A stretch of 64,000 bases of DNA from NCBI GenBank assembly GCA_015233405.1, contig JADFXT010000004.1, positions 100,470 to 164,469 of the forward strand, in the 5' to 3' direction. Positions 1 through 10,767 of the stretch are shown piece by piece. This DNA comes from Candidatus Omnitrophota bacterium (lineage in GTDB: Bacteria; Omnitrophota; Gorgyraeia; Zapsychrales; Zapsychraceae). Both the position numbers and the translations under genes were made by a program. A model generated the notes under the pieces. It was not told where the DNA came from. It ran no database searches and saw only the letters and a program-made list of their open reading frames with translations. How positions within the stretch are numbered: the first letter of the stretch is position 1; each line of letters starts with the position of its first letter.

Positions 1-249
1 CTCGCCGGGCTTCTTCGCCGCAAGAATTTTGGTCCCTGGACCAATGACTTCATAACATATTTCTAAATATTTATTAGCGCGATGGATACTAAATGGCCGA
101 CGAAAAAACGGTTCCAACTCTGCGTTGACACGGATATGAACAAATTGGCCGGGCTTGGCTTTTTGAGCAATAGACTTAGCTTCCAAGCAAAGTTTATAAA
201 ACTTCGGGCAGAGTTTTTCGTTCGAGACGATCTTAAAAGTGTCACGCAT
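1..249 (-). CDS. pyrK: dihydroorotate dehydrogenase electron-transfer subunit (PyrK-like), truncated by the window edge
   Basis: My own translation from the ATG at 249-247 gives MRDTFKIVSNEKLCPKFYKLCLEAKSIAQKAKPGQFVHIRVNAELEPFFRRPFSIHRANKYLEICYEVIGPGTKILAAKKPGE. PGQFxHxRV and RRPFSI are the FAD-binding barrel motifs of PyrK/ferredoxin-reductase proteins. It is missing from the ORF track because it runs off the edge. Pyrimidine genes lie nearby. Confidence 0.6.
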   Translation of the reverse strand, partial: MRDTFKIVSNEKLCPKFYKLCLEAKSIAQKAKPGQFVHIRVNAELEPFFRRPFSIHRANKYLEICYEVIGPGTKILAAKKPGE

Positions 250-259
250 TTTATTCATT

Positions 260-937
260 TTAACTTTTTCTTTGATAGAGAATCCACAATGATATGGCAA
301 ATAAAACGGCTGCGCCAAGGCATAGCATAACGCTCACGGCTATATTAAAAACGCCAAAAACAACCCATTCCTGCAGCGTTTCTAGTCCAATCGCCAAGAC
401 AGGCAAAAGAAATAATGCCCGCTTTTCCTTTGTGCTGAAGGCTTCCTGAAGATTAAAAATATCTTGCGTGCGCGCGCTTAAAGATTTTATTATCGACGGA
501 AAAATCCGCGGGGTTTTAGCGCAATAGTCCTTGTATTCCTGGCCAAAGTTTTCTGTCAACAAAGCTTCTTCTTTGGTCATTTCCTGATTGAAACGAAGAT
601 AGAATAAGATCGCATAAACCGGCAAAAGCCACCACGGCCAGAACATGAGGATAAATCCGCATCCGACCATAAACGTCCCTAAATACATCGGATTACGCGT
701 TAAGGTGTATGGCCCAGTAGTGACAAGACTATGGCTTTTCTGCGAATTGGCTTTCTTATGGCCGCGCGCAGACATGCGAAGAAGCGTGCCTTTAAAGATC
801 GCCATGTATCCGATAAAATCCAAAACATTGTCCATAACGATATTTTGAGGATACAGCTTGCGGAAGAAAAATAAAAATCCCGTTAAAACAACGGCTAAGA
901 TCATGAGAGAACTATCGATTTTAATTCGCGGTTTCAT
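260..937 (-). CDS. isoprenylcysteine carboxyl / phospholipid methyltransferase family membrane protein
   Basis: Multi-pass hydrophobic protein. TTGPYTLTRNPMYLG matches the GxYxxxR(H/N)PxYxG motif of the ICMT/PEMT family. Confidence 0.65.
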   Translation of the reverse strand: MKPRIKIDSSLMILAVVLTGFLFFFRKLYPQNIVMDNVLDFIGYMAIFKGTLLRMSARGHKKANSQKSHSLVTTGPYTLTRNPMYLGTFMVGCGFILMFWPWWLLPVYAILFYLRFNQEMTKEEALLTENFGQEYKDYCAKTPRIFPSIIKSLSARTQDIFNLQEAFSTKEKRALFLLPVLAIGLETLQEWVVFGVFNIAVSVMLCLGAAVLFAISLWILYQRKS

Positions 938-959
938 ATTTTTTTATTTCCAGTCTTGC

Positions 960-1033
960 TGTCATTCCCGCGAAAGCGGGAATCCATAAAATGTTTTAAG
1001 ACCCTGGATCCCGGGTCTTCGCCCGGGATGACA
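960..1033. repeat. REP-like compound palindromic intergenic element
   Basis: Two GC hairpins, TTCCCGC-GAAA-GCGGGAA (about 966-981) and ATCCCGGG-TCTTCG-CCCGGGAT (1008-1029), are nested inside an outer inverted repeat TGTCAT...ATGACA (960-965 / 1028-1033). The ORF 956..1162 (SFPRKRES...) is just its translation. Confidence 0.6.
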
Positions 1034-1044
1034 AACTACAAAAA

Positions 1045-1515
1045 CTATCTACGTATTTTACTAATTAATTTCTTGATTTGCTCTTCTGCTTCCTTTACAT
1101 CCTTCACTTTAATCATACCTTCTTTGTTCCAATTTCCAAGATCAATAATCGGCTTTTTATAAACCAGTCCATAACATATTTCTGATAAAGTTCCGTGGCT
1201 TCCCGGAAGAGCAACGATAATATCTGCGGAACATGCGACCATGGCGTTTCTGGCATAACCAATCGTTGTTGGAAGTGCAATATCTATATAAGGATTTGCG
1301 TCAGCTTTATCCTTACCCGGAAGAAGTCCAATAGTAAGCCCGCCGGCCTCTTTTGCACCTTTTGCAGCCGCCTTCATAACGCCATCAAGGCCTCCGCAAA
1401 CGAGAACAGCACCCACATTAGATATAATTTCTCCAATTTTATGGGCTAATTGCTCCACTTTCTCATTTGCATCGTGTCCGCCAATGACAGATATTGTAAT
1501 TCTCTGTTTTCCCAT
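1045..1515 (-). CDS. TIGR00725 / LOG-like (SLOG superfamily) Rossmann-fold protein
   Basis: 156 aa. VIGGHDA...VLVCGGLDGVMKAAAKGAKEAGGLTIGLLPG...ALPGSHGTLSE follows the LOG/TIGR00725 glycine-rich pattern. Confidence 0.55.
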   Translation of the reverse strand: MGKQRITISVIGGHDANEKVEQLAHKIGEIISNVGAVLVCGGLDGVMKAAAKGAKEAGGLTIGLLPGKDKADANPYIDIALPTTIGYARNAMVACSADIIVALPGSHGTLSEICYGLVYKKPIIDLGNWNKEGMIKVKDVKEAEEQIKKLISKIRR

Positions 1516-2795
1516 TATTTTCCTTGAAAAACCACTTTTCCACCATAAATTGTGGCGTCGACACAGCCTTTAAGTTTTTTTCCGATAAAAGGCGAGTTCT
1601 TAGACTTTGACACAAAATCTTCTCTTCTAACTTCCCATTCTTTTTCTGGATCTATAATCGTAATATCCGCATCCATGCCTTCTTTAATTTCTCCCTTGGT
1701 CTTAAGTCCGATAATTTCAGCCGGTCGCTTCGACATTTTTTCAACCATTTGTGGCCACGTAATAATTTCTGAATCTACAAGCTCGGTGATCACAAGCCCA
1801 ACCGCGGTTTCAAGCCCGATCATTCCAAAAGGCGCAGTATCAAATCCAGCCTCTTTATCCTCAGGCGTATGTGGCGCATGGTCTGTTGTAATACAATCAA
1901 TGGCCCCGTCTTTGAATGCCTTTTTAATGGCCTCAACATCCTCTTTGCTTCTTAATGGAGGATTGACCTTGGTATTAGTATCGAAAGACTTGACCGCATC
2001 ATCCGTCAAAGAAAAATACTGTGGGCACGTCTCAGCAGTCACCGCAATCCCTTGTTTTTTGGCCTGACGAATCAGTTCAACAGAGCGCTTTAAGCTAATA
2101 TGCGCAAAATGGATTTTGGTGTTCAGATAATGCGCGATTTCAATGTCGCGAGCCACAATCGCCGTTTCCGAAATTCCCGGGTCTGGCTTTAAACCTAACA
2201 GCGTCGAGTTAAATCCTTCATTCATGACCCCGCCGCCGCTTAAATGCGGGTCCTGGCAGTGTTCAATTAAAAGAATATCCGCCATCTTAGCATATTGAAG
2301 TGCCAAATAAAGCAATTTCGAGTTAAAAACAGTTTTGCCATCATCAGAAAGCGCGTGGCAACCAGAGGCCTTAAGTTCAAAAACATCAACCAGCTCTTCA
2401 CCTTTTTGGCCTCGAGATATGGCGCCCACAGGAATGACATTGACCAATCCCACGCGGTTAGCCTCCCTGATAACAGAGTCGACGATCATAGCGCTATCAA
2501 TGACCGGTGTCGTGTTAGGCATACACATAATGGTCGTAAACCCACCCTTGGCCGCGGCACGAGAACCGGTTTCAATGGTTTCTTTATCCTCTCGTCCAGG
2601 CTCGCGCAAATGGACATGCAGGTCGATCAAGCCCGGCATCACAAGTTTGTCTTTGGCGTCGATCGTTTTAACATCTCCAGCGTCAATCGATGCGGCGATT
2701 TGAACAATCACGCCTTTTTCAATAAGAATATCTCTTGCTTGGCTGTGAATTTTATCAGCATTAACGATCTTTGCATTTTTTATCAACAAAGCCAT
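1515..2795 (-). CDS. pyrC: dihydroorotase
   Basis: 426 aa. It has the metal-binding DLHVHLREPG motif, a later DHAPH motif, and amidohydrolase-fold length. It lies immediately downstream of pyrB. Confidence 0.9.
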   Translation of the reverse strand: MALLIKNAKIVNADKIHSQARDILIEKGVIVQIAASIDAGDVKTIDAKDKLVMPGLIDLHVHLREPGREDKETIETGSRAAAKGGFTTIMCMPNTTPVIDSAMIVDSVIREANRVGLVNVIPVGAISRGQKGEELVDVFELKASGCHALSDDGKTVFNSKLLYLALQYAKMADILLIEHCQDPHLSGGGVMNEGFNSTLLGLKPDPGISETAIVARDIEIAHYLNTKIHFAHISLKRSVELIRQAKKQGIAVTAETCPQYFSLTDDAVKSFDTNTKVNPPLRSKEDVEAIKKAFKDGAIDCITTDHAPHTPEDKEAGFDTAPFGMIGLETAVGLVITELVDSEIITWPQMVEKMSKRPAEIIGLKTKGEIKEGMDADITIIDPEKEWEVRREDFVSKSKNSPFIGKKLKGCVDATIYGGKVVFQGK

Positions 2796-2813
2796 ATTGT
2801 CTAAGCTCCTTGT

Positions 2814-4321
<1,508 letters not shown>

Positions 4322-4432
4322 TCATTTCTCATCGACTCACATGTTTAGTGGAAACCCTTTTGCAAAAACCGCTCAAGGGTTATTTCGCACGCATGAGTTA
4401 CGTCGCCATCGCCCCGCAGCTCATGTGCTCAA

Positions 4433-4467
4433 TAAAAAAGCACCTCTTCGTTTCCGAAGACGTGCTA
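4433..4467 (-). terminator. intrinsic terminator in the pyrR leader (attenuator)
   Basis: The minus strand reads AGCACGTCTTCG-GAAA-CGAAGAGGTGCT (11 bp, one G.G mismatch) followed by TTTTTTA. It lies between the candidate PyrR-binding loop and the pyrR start. Confidence 0.6.
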
Positions 4468-4499
4468 AGATTTTTTTCACTGAAGATTTTCATTTTCTC

Positions 4500-4532
4500 G
4501 CCTTATACAGCCTCTCAGGGCTGATTTAAAGG
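4500..4532 (-). promoter_or_regulatory. candidate PyrR-binding RNA loop
   Basis: The minus strand reads UUUAAAUCAGCCCUGAGAGGCUGUAUAAGG. GAGAGGCUG in a hairpin resembles the Bacillus PyrR binding-loop core (CCAGAGAGGCU) as I remember it. It sits about 35 nt upstream of the terminator. Confidence 0.5.
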
Positions 4533-4583
4533 TTAATATTGATGTAAGTATGCCATCTCAAAATCCGGTTGTCAAGGCAAAAT

Positions 4584-5258
4584 TCAAACACGCAAAATCT
4601 TTAAATTCAAAAGTAAAACAAATTCCCCGCGAGGGGCCGTTTTCTCGAAATCCTTGACGAGCTCGCTTGCCCGGCCTTCCTTGATTTCTTCAAACTTTTT
4701 GGTGAGCTCCCGGGCGCAGACGACCACGGGGTCGCCTAAGACCTCGGCAATATCATTTAAAGTTTTAAGCACACGGTACGGCGATTCATAAAAGATGACC
4801 GTACGCTCTTCTTGCAAAAATTTCTCCAACCGTTTACGACGAGCCTGCGGCTTCACCGGTAGAAACCCCTCAAACACAAATTTATCCGTCGGAAGGCCTG
4901 AATACGACAACGCCGCGATCAAAGCCGTCGCACCCGGGATCACTGTCATGGGGATATTATTTTGTTTAGCGGATTGAATTAACTGATATCCAGGGTCACT
5001 AATGCCCGGGGTCCCGGCATCGGTCACGAGCGCAACATTCTTACCTTCTTTGAGCTTCTCTATAATATATGCGCCTTTAGAAACTTGATTATGCTCAAAA
5101 TAACTCGTTAACGGCGTCGGGATCTCATAATGCTGGCAAAGAATGCGCGTATGGCGGGTGTCTTCCGCGGCAATCAGGTCGACGGACTTCAGCGTCTCAA
5201 TCGCGCGAAATGTGATATCTTTTAAATTACCTATAGGAGTTGAAACGATGTAGAGCAT
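4584..5258 (-). CDS. rsmI: 16S rRNA (cytidine1402-2'-O)-methyltransferase
   Basis: 224 aa. It has the tetrapyrrole-methylase-fold N-terminus LYIVSTPIGNLKDITFRAIETLKSVDLIAAEDTR typical of RsmI. Confidence 0.85.
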   Translation of the reverse strand: MLYIVSTPIGNLKDITFRAIETLKSVDLIAAEDTRHTRILCQHYEIPTPLTSYFEHNQVSKGAYIIEKLKEGKNVALVTDAGTPGISDPGYQLIQSAKQNNIPMTVIPGATALIAALSYSGLPTDKFVFEGFLPVKPQARRKRLEKFLQEERTVIFYESPYRVLKTLNDIAEVLGDPVVVCARELTKKFEEIKEGRASELVKDFEKTAPRGEFVLLLNLKILRV

Positions 5259-5316
5259 GATGATTTTAAACTTTCAGTTATCAGCGCTGACAGCTGAAGG
5301 CTGAAAGCTGCCAGCT

Positions 5317-7149
5317 TTATTCTACGGTGACCGACTTCGCCAGATTTCTCGGCTGGTCGACATCGCAGCCGCGCTTGACCGCGATATAATACGCGATCAT
5401 CTGAAGCGGCAATGCCATCAATAACGGCGTCAAGAGCTTGTTGGTTTTAGGAACGTAAATGACATGGTCCGCATGGGCATGGATAATGGCATCGCCTTCG
5501 GTCGCCAGAGCAATGACTTTTCCTTTACGCGAACGGATCTCCTGAATATTAGAAATCATTTTTTCATAAAGGTCGGATTCCGGCGCAAGACAGATGACCG
5601 CACGGTATTCGTCAATCAACGCAATCGGCCCGTGCTTCATTTCTCCGGCGGCATAGCCTTCAGCTGGGATATAAGAAATCTCTTTAAGCTTCAAAGCCCC
5701 TTCCAATGCCGACGGATAATTGATATTCCTTCCTAAAAATAAGAAACATCCGAAATGCGCATTCTGCTCGGCAATGCGTTCAATCGTGTGCTTATCTTTT
5801 AAAATCCGCGCATATAAAGAGGGAATCTGTTTTAAATCTTTCATTAAAAGAGAAGCATTTTTTGGTGACAAAGTTTTATGCGCCAATCCTAATTTGATGG
5901 CCAAAAGATATAAAACCCCCAACTGAGCCGTATAGGCCTTGGTCGAGGCAACCCCGATCTCCGGGCCTGCATGTGTATACAGAACTCCGTCGGAAATTCT
6001 GGCCAACGAAGACCCGACCACATTACAAATCGAAACGATCTTTGCGCCCTTGGCCTTGGCCTCTTTAATCGCGGCTAAGGTATCCGCTGTTTCGCCGGAC
6101 TGGCTGATGGCCAAGACGAGCGTCTTTTTGCCGATGATCGGCGTTCGATAACGGAACTCACTGGAAACATCAATGGCTACAGGAATACCGGCCAATAATT
6201 CTATCAAATATTTTCCCACCATCCCGGCGTGATACGCGGTGCCGCAGGCGACGATAAAGATCTGGGTCATATCTTTCAATTGTTTATCGGAGAGACCAAT
6301 CTCATCTAAAGAAACAGCTTTTGGTTTAAGACAATGCCGAAACATTTGCGTTAAGACATGCGGCTGCTCGTGGATCTCTTTAAGCATGAAATGAGGATAC
6401 CCTTGTTTCTGGACGGTATCGACCTTAAGCGTGACTTTATCCACTTTAAAAGAAACAGCCTTGCCGTTAAAATCAAAAATCTGGACCTTGTCTTTTTGTA
6501 TTTTGGCAAGTTCGCCTTCTTTAAGATAAATGACTTTCTTGGTGTGCTGTAAAATGGCTGGGACATCTGAAGCAATAAAATTTTCATTCTTGCCAATTCC
6601 AATAATGAGCGGAGAACCGACGCGGGCGGCGATCAACGTCTTTGGATCATCAAGACAAAGAATCCCTAAGGCAAAAGCGCCTTTAAGCTGTTTGACCGTT
6701 TTTTGAACGGCCTTAAAGATATCGCCCTGATAATGTTCTTCGACGAGATGAGCTACAACCTCTGTATCGGTTTGAGAAAGAAAGGTATGGCCCTTCTTGA
6801 GCAGAGCGTTTTTTAATTCCTCATAATTTTCAATGATGCCGTTATGAACAACGACAATCTTCCCCGAACAATCCTTATGAGGATGCGCATTGACATTATT
6901 CGGCATTCCGTGTGTGGCCCAACGGGTATGACAAATGCCAATGGTGCTGGGCGGAAGCGGATGGGATTTGATCAGTTCCTCGAGATGGATAATTTTTCCC
7001 TGGGATTTACGAATGACCATCTCAGGCTTTTGTTGGTCAATAATGCTTACGCCGCTCGAATCATACCCGCGATATTCCAACCGCTTGAGGGCATCAATCA
7101 AGATGGGGTAAGCTTGTTTTTCTCCGATATAACCGACGATTCCGCACAT
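5317..7149 (-). CDS. glmS: glutamine--fructose-6-phosphate aminotransferase (isomerizing)
   Basis: 610 aa. It has the N-terminal nucleophile MCGIVGY, two SIS domains and the C-terminal ...LAKSVTVE. Confidence 0.95.
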   Translation of the reverse strand: MCGIVGYIGEKQAYPILIDALKRLEYRGYDSSGVSIIDQQKPEMVIRKSQGKIIHLEELIKSHPLPPSTIGICHTRWATHGMPNNVNAHPHKDCSGKIVVVHNGIIENYEELKNALLKKGHTFLSQTDTEVVAHLVEEHYQGDIFKAVQKTVKQLKGAFALGILCLDDPKTLIAARVGSPLIIGIGKNENFIASDVPAILQHTKKVIYLKEGELAKIQKDKVQIFDFNGKAVSFKVDKVTLKVDTVQKQGYPHFMLKEIHEQPHVLTQMFRHCLKPKAVSLDEIGLSDKQLKDMTQIFIVACGTAYHAGMVGKYLIELLAGIPVAIDVSSEFRYRTPIIGKKTLVLAISQSGETADTLAAIKEAKAKGAKIVSICNVVGSSLARISDGVLYTHAGPEIGVASTKAYTAQLGVLYLLAIKLGLAHKTLSPKNASLLMKDLKQIPSLYARILKDKHTIERIAEQNAHFGCFLFLGRNINYPSALEGALKLKEISYIPAEGYAAGEMKHGPIALIDEYRAVICLAPESDLYEKMISNIQEIRSRKGKVIALATEGDAIIHAHADHVIYVPKTNKLLTPLLMALPLQMIAYYIAVKRGCDVDQPRNLAKSVTVE

Positions 7150-7172
7150 ATGTTATGGTGGGCTGATAGAAT

Positions 7173-7679
7173 TTAAGCGCTTTGCAGATCTTTCGCTTGA
7201 AATTGATTTCTGATGTCTGGCCGCGTGAAGAAATAAATGATGACCAGATTAGGCAACAAACTAACCAAAAGGCCAAAAAGCATAACAGGATTTCGCTTAT
7301 CTTTCATCATCATAAGCGTCTGGCCGACCTTCTCTATTTCTTTCTCCTGTTTTTCAACAGGAACCTCTGCTTTGATCTTTTGCGCCATGACCGCGCGCTG
7401 CTGGTCCAACATCGCTTGAGAAGGCGGCATTAAAAAGCTCACAACGCTGACAACGATGGTATAAACCGCTAGACCAATGGCAATCTTAACAGCATGCGTA
7501 TTTAACTTTAAGATCAAAATCCCGCAGATAATTCCCGTGATGCAAGATACAACGGCCATCAAAAACTGAATAGGATTCTGATACATCCCAGAATATTGTA
7601 GCGTGCTCCAAAGCCCTAAAATCCCGCCCGCAAGAAATAACCACCCGAAAATGACAACACCTCGTGATGGTTTTTTCAT
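7173..7679 (-). CDS. hypothetical membrane protein
   Basis: 168 aa with about four hydrophobic helices and a charged central segment. No motif recognised. Confidence 0.45.
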   Translation of the reverse strand: MKKPSRGVVIFGWLFLAGGILGLWSTLQYSGMYQNPIQFLMAVVSCITGIICGILILKLNTHAVKIAIGLAVYTIVVSVVSFLMPPSQAMLDQQRAVMAQKIKAEVPVEKQEKEIEKVGQTLMMMKDKRNPVMLFGLLVSLLPNLVIIYFFTRPDIRNQFQAKDLQSA

Positions 7680-7714
7680 GATGCTTCTCCTCTATGATAG
7701 GATTACCAAACGAA

Positions 7715-7969
7715 CTACTTTTTTTCTTCAACCGGACGGATGTTAATAAGCGTTTGTTCTTTCTTATATCTTCCGCGTTTTCTGGAAAAATAAACTTCTC
7801 CGCTGCACAAAGCGGTTAAGTGCATTCTTCCCCCGACATTGAGCCCCGGCTTCCATTTATCCCCTTGGCGGGTCAAAACCGTTCCGGCTTTCACAATCTG
7901 CCCTCCGGAAACTTTTATGCCTCTTGTTTCGGCATAATATTTATGCGTCGTATGACCTAAACGTGACAT
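7715..7969 (-). CDS. rpmA: ribosomal protein L27-like (divergent N-terminus)
   Basis: GIKVSGGQIVKAGTVLTRQ..KWKPGLNVGGRMHLTALCSGEVYF aligns with the L27 core (RLGVKxxGGQxVxAGxIxVRQRGTxxxxGxNVGxGxDxTLFAxxxGxVxF). The conserved AHKKxxGSTxNGRDS N-terminus is absent. Confidence 0.55.
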   Translation of the reverse strand: MSRLGHTTHKYYAETRGIKVSGGQIVKAGTVLTRQGDKWKPGLNVGGRMHLTALCSGEVYFSRKRGRYKKEQTLINIRPVEEKK

Positions 7970-7996
7970 GCTCTTTTCTCCTTGTCTTAAAAAACA

Positions 7997-8842
7997 TTAC
8001 TTTTTATTATTTAAAATTTCGTCGATCTCTTTCTTAAAACTGTCTAAGCTTCTCGCCTTGGTTTTCTTTCCATTAAGGAAAAATGTCGGCGTTCCTCGCA
8101 CATCCACTTTATTGCCTAACTCCATATCTTGACTAATGTATTGTTCATATTGGGCATCTTTATTCTTTAAGTCCTGATCAAATTTATCCACATTTAGGCC
8201 TAACTCTTTGGCTAAATCTTTATATTTCGCATCGCTTAATTCAGCCGCATTCTTGAGTAACAGCTCCACCATTTCGTTATATTTTCCCTGTTCCCCGGCG
8301 GCAAGCGCAGCTTTTGAGGCAGGCTTGGCATTGGGATGAAAACTTAACGGATAATGTTTCAGGACATAATTCACTTTATCCGGATAAGCTTTTAGAACCT
8401 CAAGCATCAGAGAAAATGACCGCGAACAAAACGGGCATTGAAAATCTAAAAATTCCGTAATAGTAATCGGGGCATCCTTTTTACCGCGAATCACGGAATG
8501 ATCGACGGGGATATCATAGGCTTTCGTGAAATCCTCCGACGGCATTTGAGGTTCTTGATTAGGCCGTCTCATTCCCTGAAGAGCTTCTTTTATTTCCTTC
8601 CATTGGCCCTCTAAATCGGCCATGCGCTTCTCAAGAAGAGCAATACGCACTTCTGCATTTGTACCAAGTTCTGACCCAGTTCCTGACAACTTCTTTTCCA
8701 GGCGCGCTTGAGAATCATGAATCGATTTCTGCTGCACAAGGATTTTCTGAGTGTTGGATTGAATCGTCGCAATCGTCGCGCCAAAAACCACGCCAAGAAT
8801 AATAATAAGGATATAATTCAATACTTTTTTCTCTTCCGGCAT
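7997..8842 (-). CDS. DsbA-family thiol:disulfide oxidoreductase, membrane anchored with a coiled-coil linker
   Basis: 281 aa. It has an N-terminal TM helix, a thioredoxin CxxC (FLDFQCPFCSRS), and the VRGTPTFFLNG cis-Pro loop region. Confidence 0.75.
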   Translation of the reverse strand: MPEEKKVLNYILIIILGVVFGATIATIQSNTQKILVQQKSIHDSQARLEKKLSGTGSELGTNAEVRIALLEKRMADLEGQWKEIKEALQGMRRPNQEPQMPSEDFTKAYDIPVDHSVIRGKKDAPITITEFLDFQCPFCSRSFSLMLEVLKAYPDKVNYVLKHYPLSFHPNAKPASKAALAAGEQGKYNEMVELLLKNAAELSDAKYKDLAKELGLNVDKFDQDLKNKDAQYEQYISQDMELGNKVDVRGTPTFFLNGKKTKARSLDSFKKEIDEILNNKK

Positions 8843-8955
8843 AAAAATACCTCCATTTCTTTATTAAAACCAAAATTGAGTCCTAAAAGGATATCACGAT
8901 TCCCGAAAAAATTCTATAGAATATTTTTATCCACCTTTTTTTCAAAAATCCGCCC

Positions 8956-9786
8956 TTATAAAGGAATATGGCCGAATCGAGACACGATATATTTAATATC
9001 ATCCCAGCGTTTCGGGCAATTAAAGACCCCAATAATCAACGTGTCGTTGCCTTTTTGAATCGTGCCGACAAAACAAGCGCCGGCGGTCCTTGTATAACCG
9101 GTTTTCCCATAAACATTTCTATTCCAGCCTTTAAAAAGGATATTATTATGACTTTTAAAGACTATTTTTCTTCCTTCTTTAGAATAAATGGTTTTATAAT
9201 TAAATTTAATGGCCTGCCTAAAGAAATCGTATTTAAGCGCCTCTTTAAAAATCAAATACATATCAAAAGCCGTGGTATATTGCGCTCGCCCTCTGGAAGG
9301 TAATCCGTGCGGATTCGAAAACTGAGTGTTCAGTGCCCCTAACTGCCTGGCGCGCTGGTTCATCATCGCAACAAACCTGGGTTCGGTCCCCGCAACCGCC
9401 TCAGCAAGAACAATACTCGCATCATTAGCCGAATTCATCACAGCCGCATATAAAAGGTCCGCGATCTTATACTGTTCCCCGGGAATCAGATTTAATTTTG
9501 TCGGCTGGACAAAGGTTGCGGAATTTCTGACCGTTACATAACGGTCCAATGGAACATTTTCTAATACCAATAACGCGGTCATGACTTTTGTCGTGCTCGC
9601 CGGTAAAACCCGCCGGGAAACATCTTTGCCATAAAGTCTTTCGCCGGTCGTACTGTCTGAGAAGATCACGGACCGACACGAAATGCCGCGATAGCCTCTT
9701 CTTTGCCTGGCCAAAGAAATCGTTGAGCAAATCAAAATAAAAATTAGAGAAAAAACGACTATGTGTTTGATTTTCTTTATGATCAT
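8956..9786 (-). CDS. D-alanyl-D-alanine carboxypeptidase (peptidase S11, PBP5/6-like)
   Basis: 276 aa with a signal/anchor sequence, SxxK (ASTTKVMT), SxN (NSANDA) and a KTG motif (YGKTGYT). Confidence 0.8.
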   Translation of the reverse strand: MIIKKIKHIVVFSLIFILICSTISLARQRRGYRGISCRSVIFSDSTTGERLYGKDVSRRVLPASTTKVMTALLVLENVPLDRYVTVRNSATFVQPTKLNLIPGEQYKIADLLYAAVMNSANDASIVLAEAVAGTEPRFVAMMNQRARQLGALNTQFSNPHGLPSRGRAQYTTAFDMYLIFKEALKYDFFRQAIKFNYKTIYSKEGRKIVFKSHNNILFKGWNRNVYGKTGYTRTAGACFVGTIQKGNDTLIIGVFNCPKRWDDIKYIVSRFGHIPL

Positions 9787-9789
9787 GGG

Positions 9790-10767
9790 TTAAGAACGAT
9801 TATTTTGGGCTGCCTCAAAAACAAGCTCAATAGCTTTGGCGATCCCTGGGGTTGGAAAAAAATTCTGGCCTTCGGACTTAGCAACGGTCCAATAGCCTTT
9901 TTGTTCAGTAATAGCGACCCAAAAATGCTGGGTCAAATGTCCTTCCGAAACGATCAAATAAACCATGGCCCGGCGCTGCTCGGCATCAAAAAGAAAATCT
10001 TTAAAAATGACCGCGATATCCTCTTTAAAATCAACGAACCGGAAAGCCTTGGGGTCGAATTCTTTTAATTTATACGTCTTCAATGCGACATCCTCTTTAA
10101 GGCCATACGAAATATTTTTTATCTTAACGAACTGCGCTTCAAAAAATTCCTGCTGACCGCCGGAAAGCCATTTGCGCTCAAATTTCGTGTCATAACTCGC
10201 CGCGACCCGCTGCGTCTGGACGTCGAATCCCGTATTCTGGACCTCCTCAAGCATCCAGGAAAAATACGGATAAAAATCCGTCACGACGGTGATCCGTCCG
10301 CCGTCCTTAAGACGGTTATTAAGCAATTTAAAAAAATCCTGACAAAAAATCCGGTGCTTGATGTGAGCCTTCTTCGGCCAAGGGCATGGATAAAGACAAT
10401 AGATGTTATCAATGCTTCCGGGAAGAAATAATCGTTCAAACACAACGCGGGCATCTGCTTGCAAAATCTTAATATTATCCAGTGCGTTCTGAGAGTCCGC
10501 CGTTTCCGCAATTTTCTTAAAAGTCTTATAAATTCGTTCCCAAAGCTGTTCTATCCCGACGAAATCTCTTTCCGGATAAAGAGAAGCCTGACGGGCCAAA
10601 AATTCTCCCATCCCAAACCCGATTTCCACGTCTAAAGGAGCCGTACGCTTAAATACTGCGTTCCAGACAACCGGATGCGGCATGTCAAATAACGAAACCA
10701 GCGGAGCTAATAATGTTTCTTTTGATTGCACAATTTTCTCTTTACATCCTTTTGTCAAAACGCTCAC
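9790..10767 (-). CDS. trmB: tRNA (guanine46-N7)-methyltransferase with an extra C-terminal domain
   Basis: It has VEIGFGMGEFL (SAM motif I) and YPCPWPKKAHIKHR (compare FPDPWxKxRHxKRR). About 110 extra C-terminal residues have unknown function. Confidence 0.75.
   Translation of the reverse strand: MSVLTKGCKEKIVQSKETLLAPLVSLFDMPHPVVWNAVFKRTAPLDVEIGFGMGEFLARQASLYPERDFVGIEQLWERIYKTFKKIAETADSQNALDNIKILQADARVVFERLFLPGSIDNIYCLYPCPWPKKAHIKHRIFCQDFFKLLNNRLKDGGRITVVTDFYPYFSWMLEEVQNTGFDVQTQRVAASYDTKFERKWLSGGQQEFFEAQFVKIKNISYGLKEDVALKTYKLKEFDPKAFRFVDFKEDIAVIFKDFLFDAEQRRAMVYLIVSEGHLTQHFWVAITEQKGYWTVAKSEGQNFFPTPGIAKAIELVFEAAQNNRS

Noticed and set aside
1552-2804. Long plus-strand ORFs inside pyrC. There are similar antisense ORFs inside gltB (55744..56721), carB, purF, the DndD-like gene (for example 28871..29143, 29807..30082) and others.
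   Set aside because: They are shadow ORFs opposite well-supported minus-strand genes. They are low-complexity or compositionally driven, with no motifs.
5259-5316. The CAGCTGAAGGCTGAAAGCTGCCAGC-type sequence between glmS and rsmI, and AAACAGCTAAACAGCTAAACAGC at the carA 3' end, as further repeat-family members.
   Set aside because: These are short simple repeats without a second alignable copy in the window, so I cannot call a family from this window alone.
7150-7172. Possible glmS ribozyme upstream of glmS.
   Set aside because: Only 23 nt separate glmS from the upstream ORF, so there is no room for the ribozyme.
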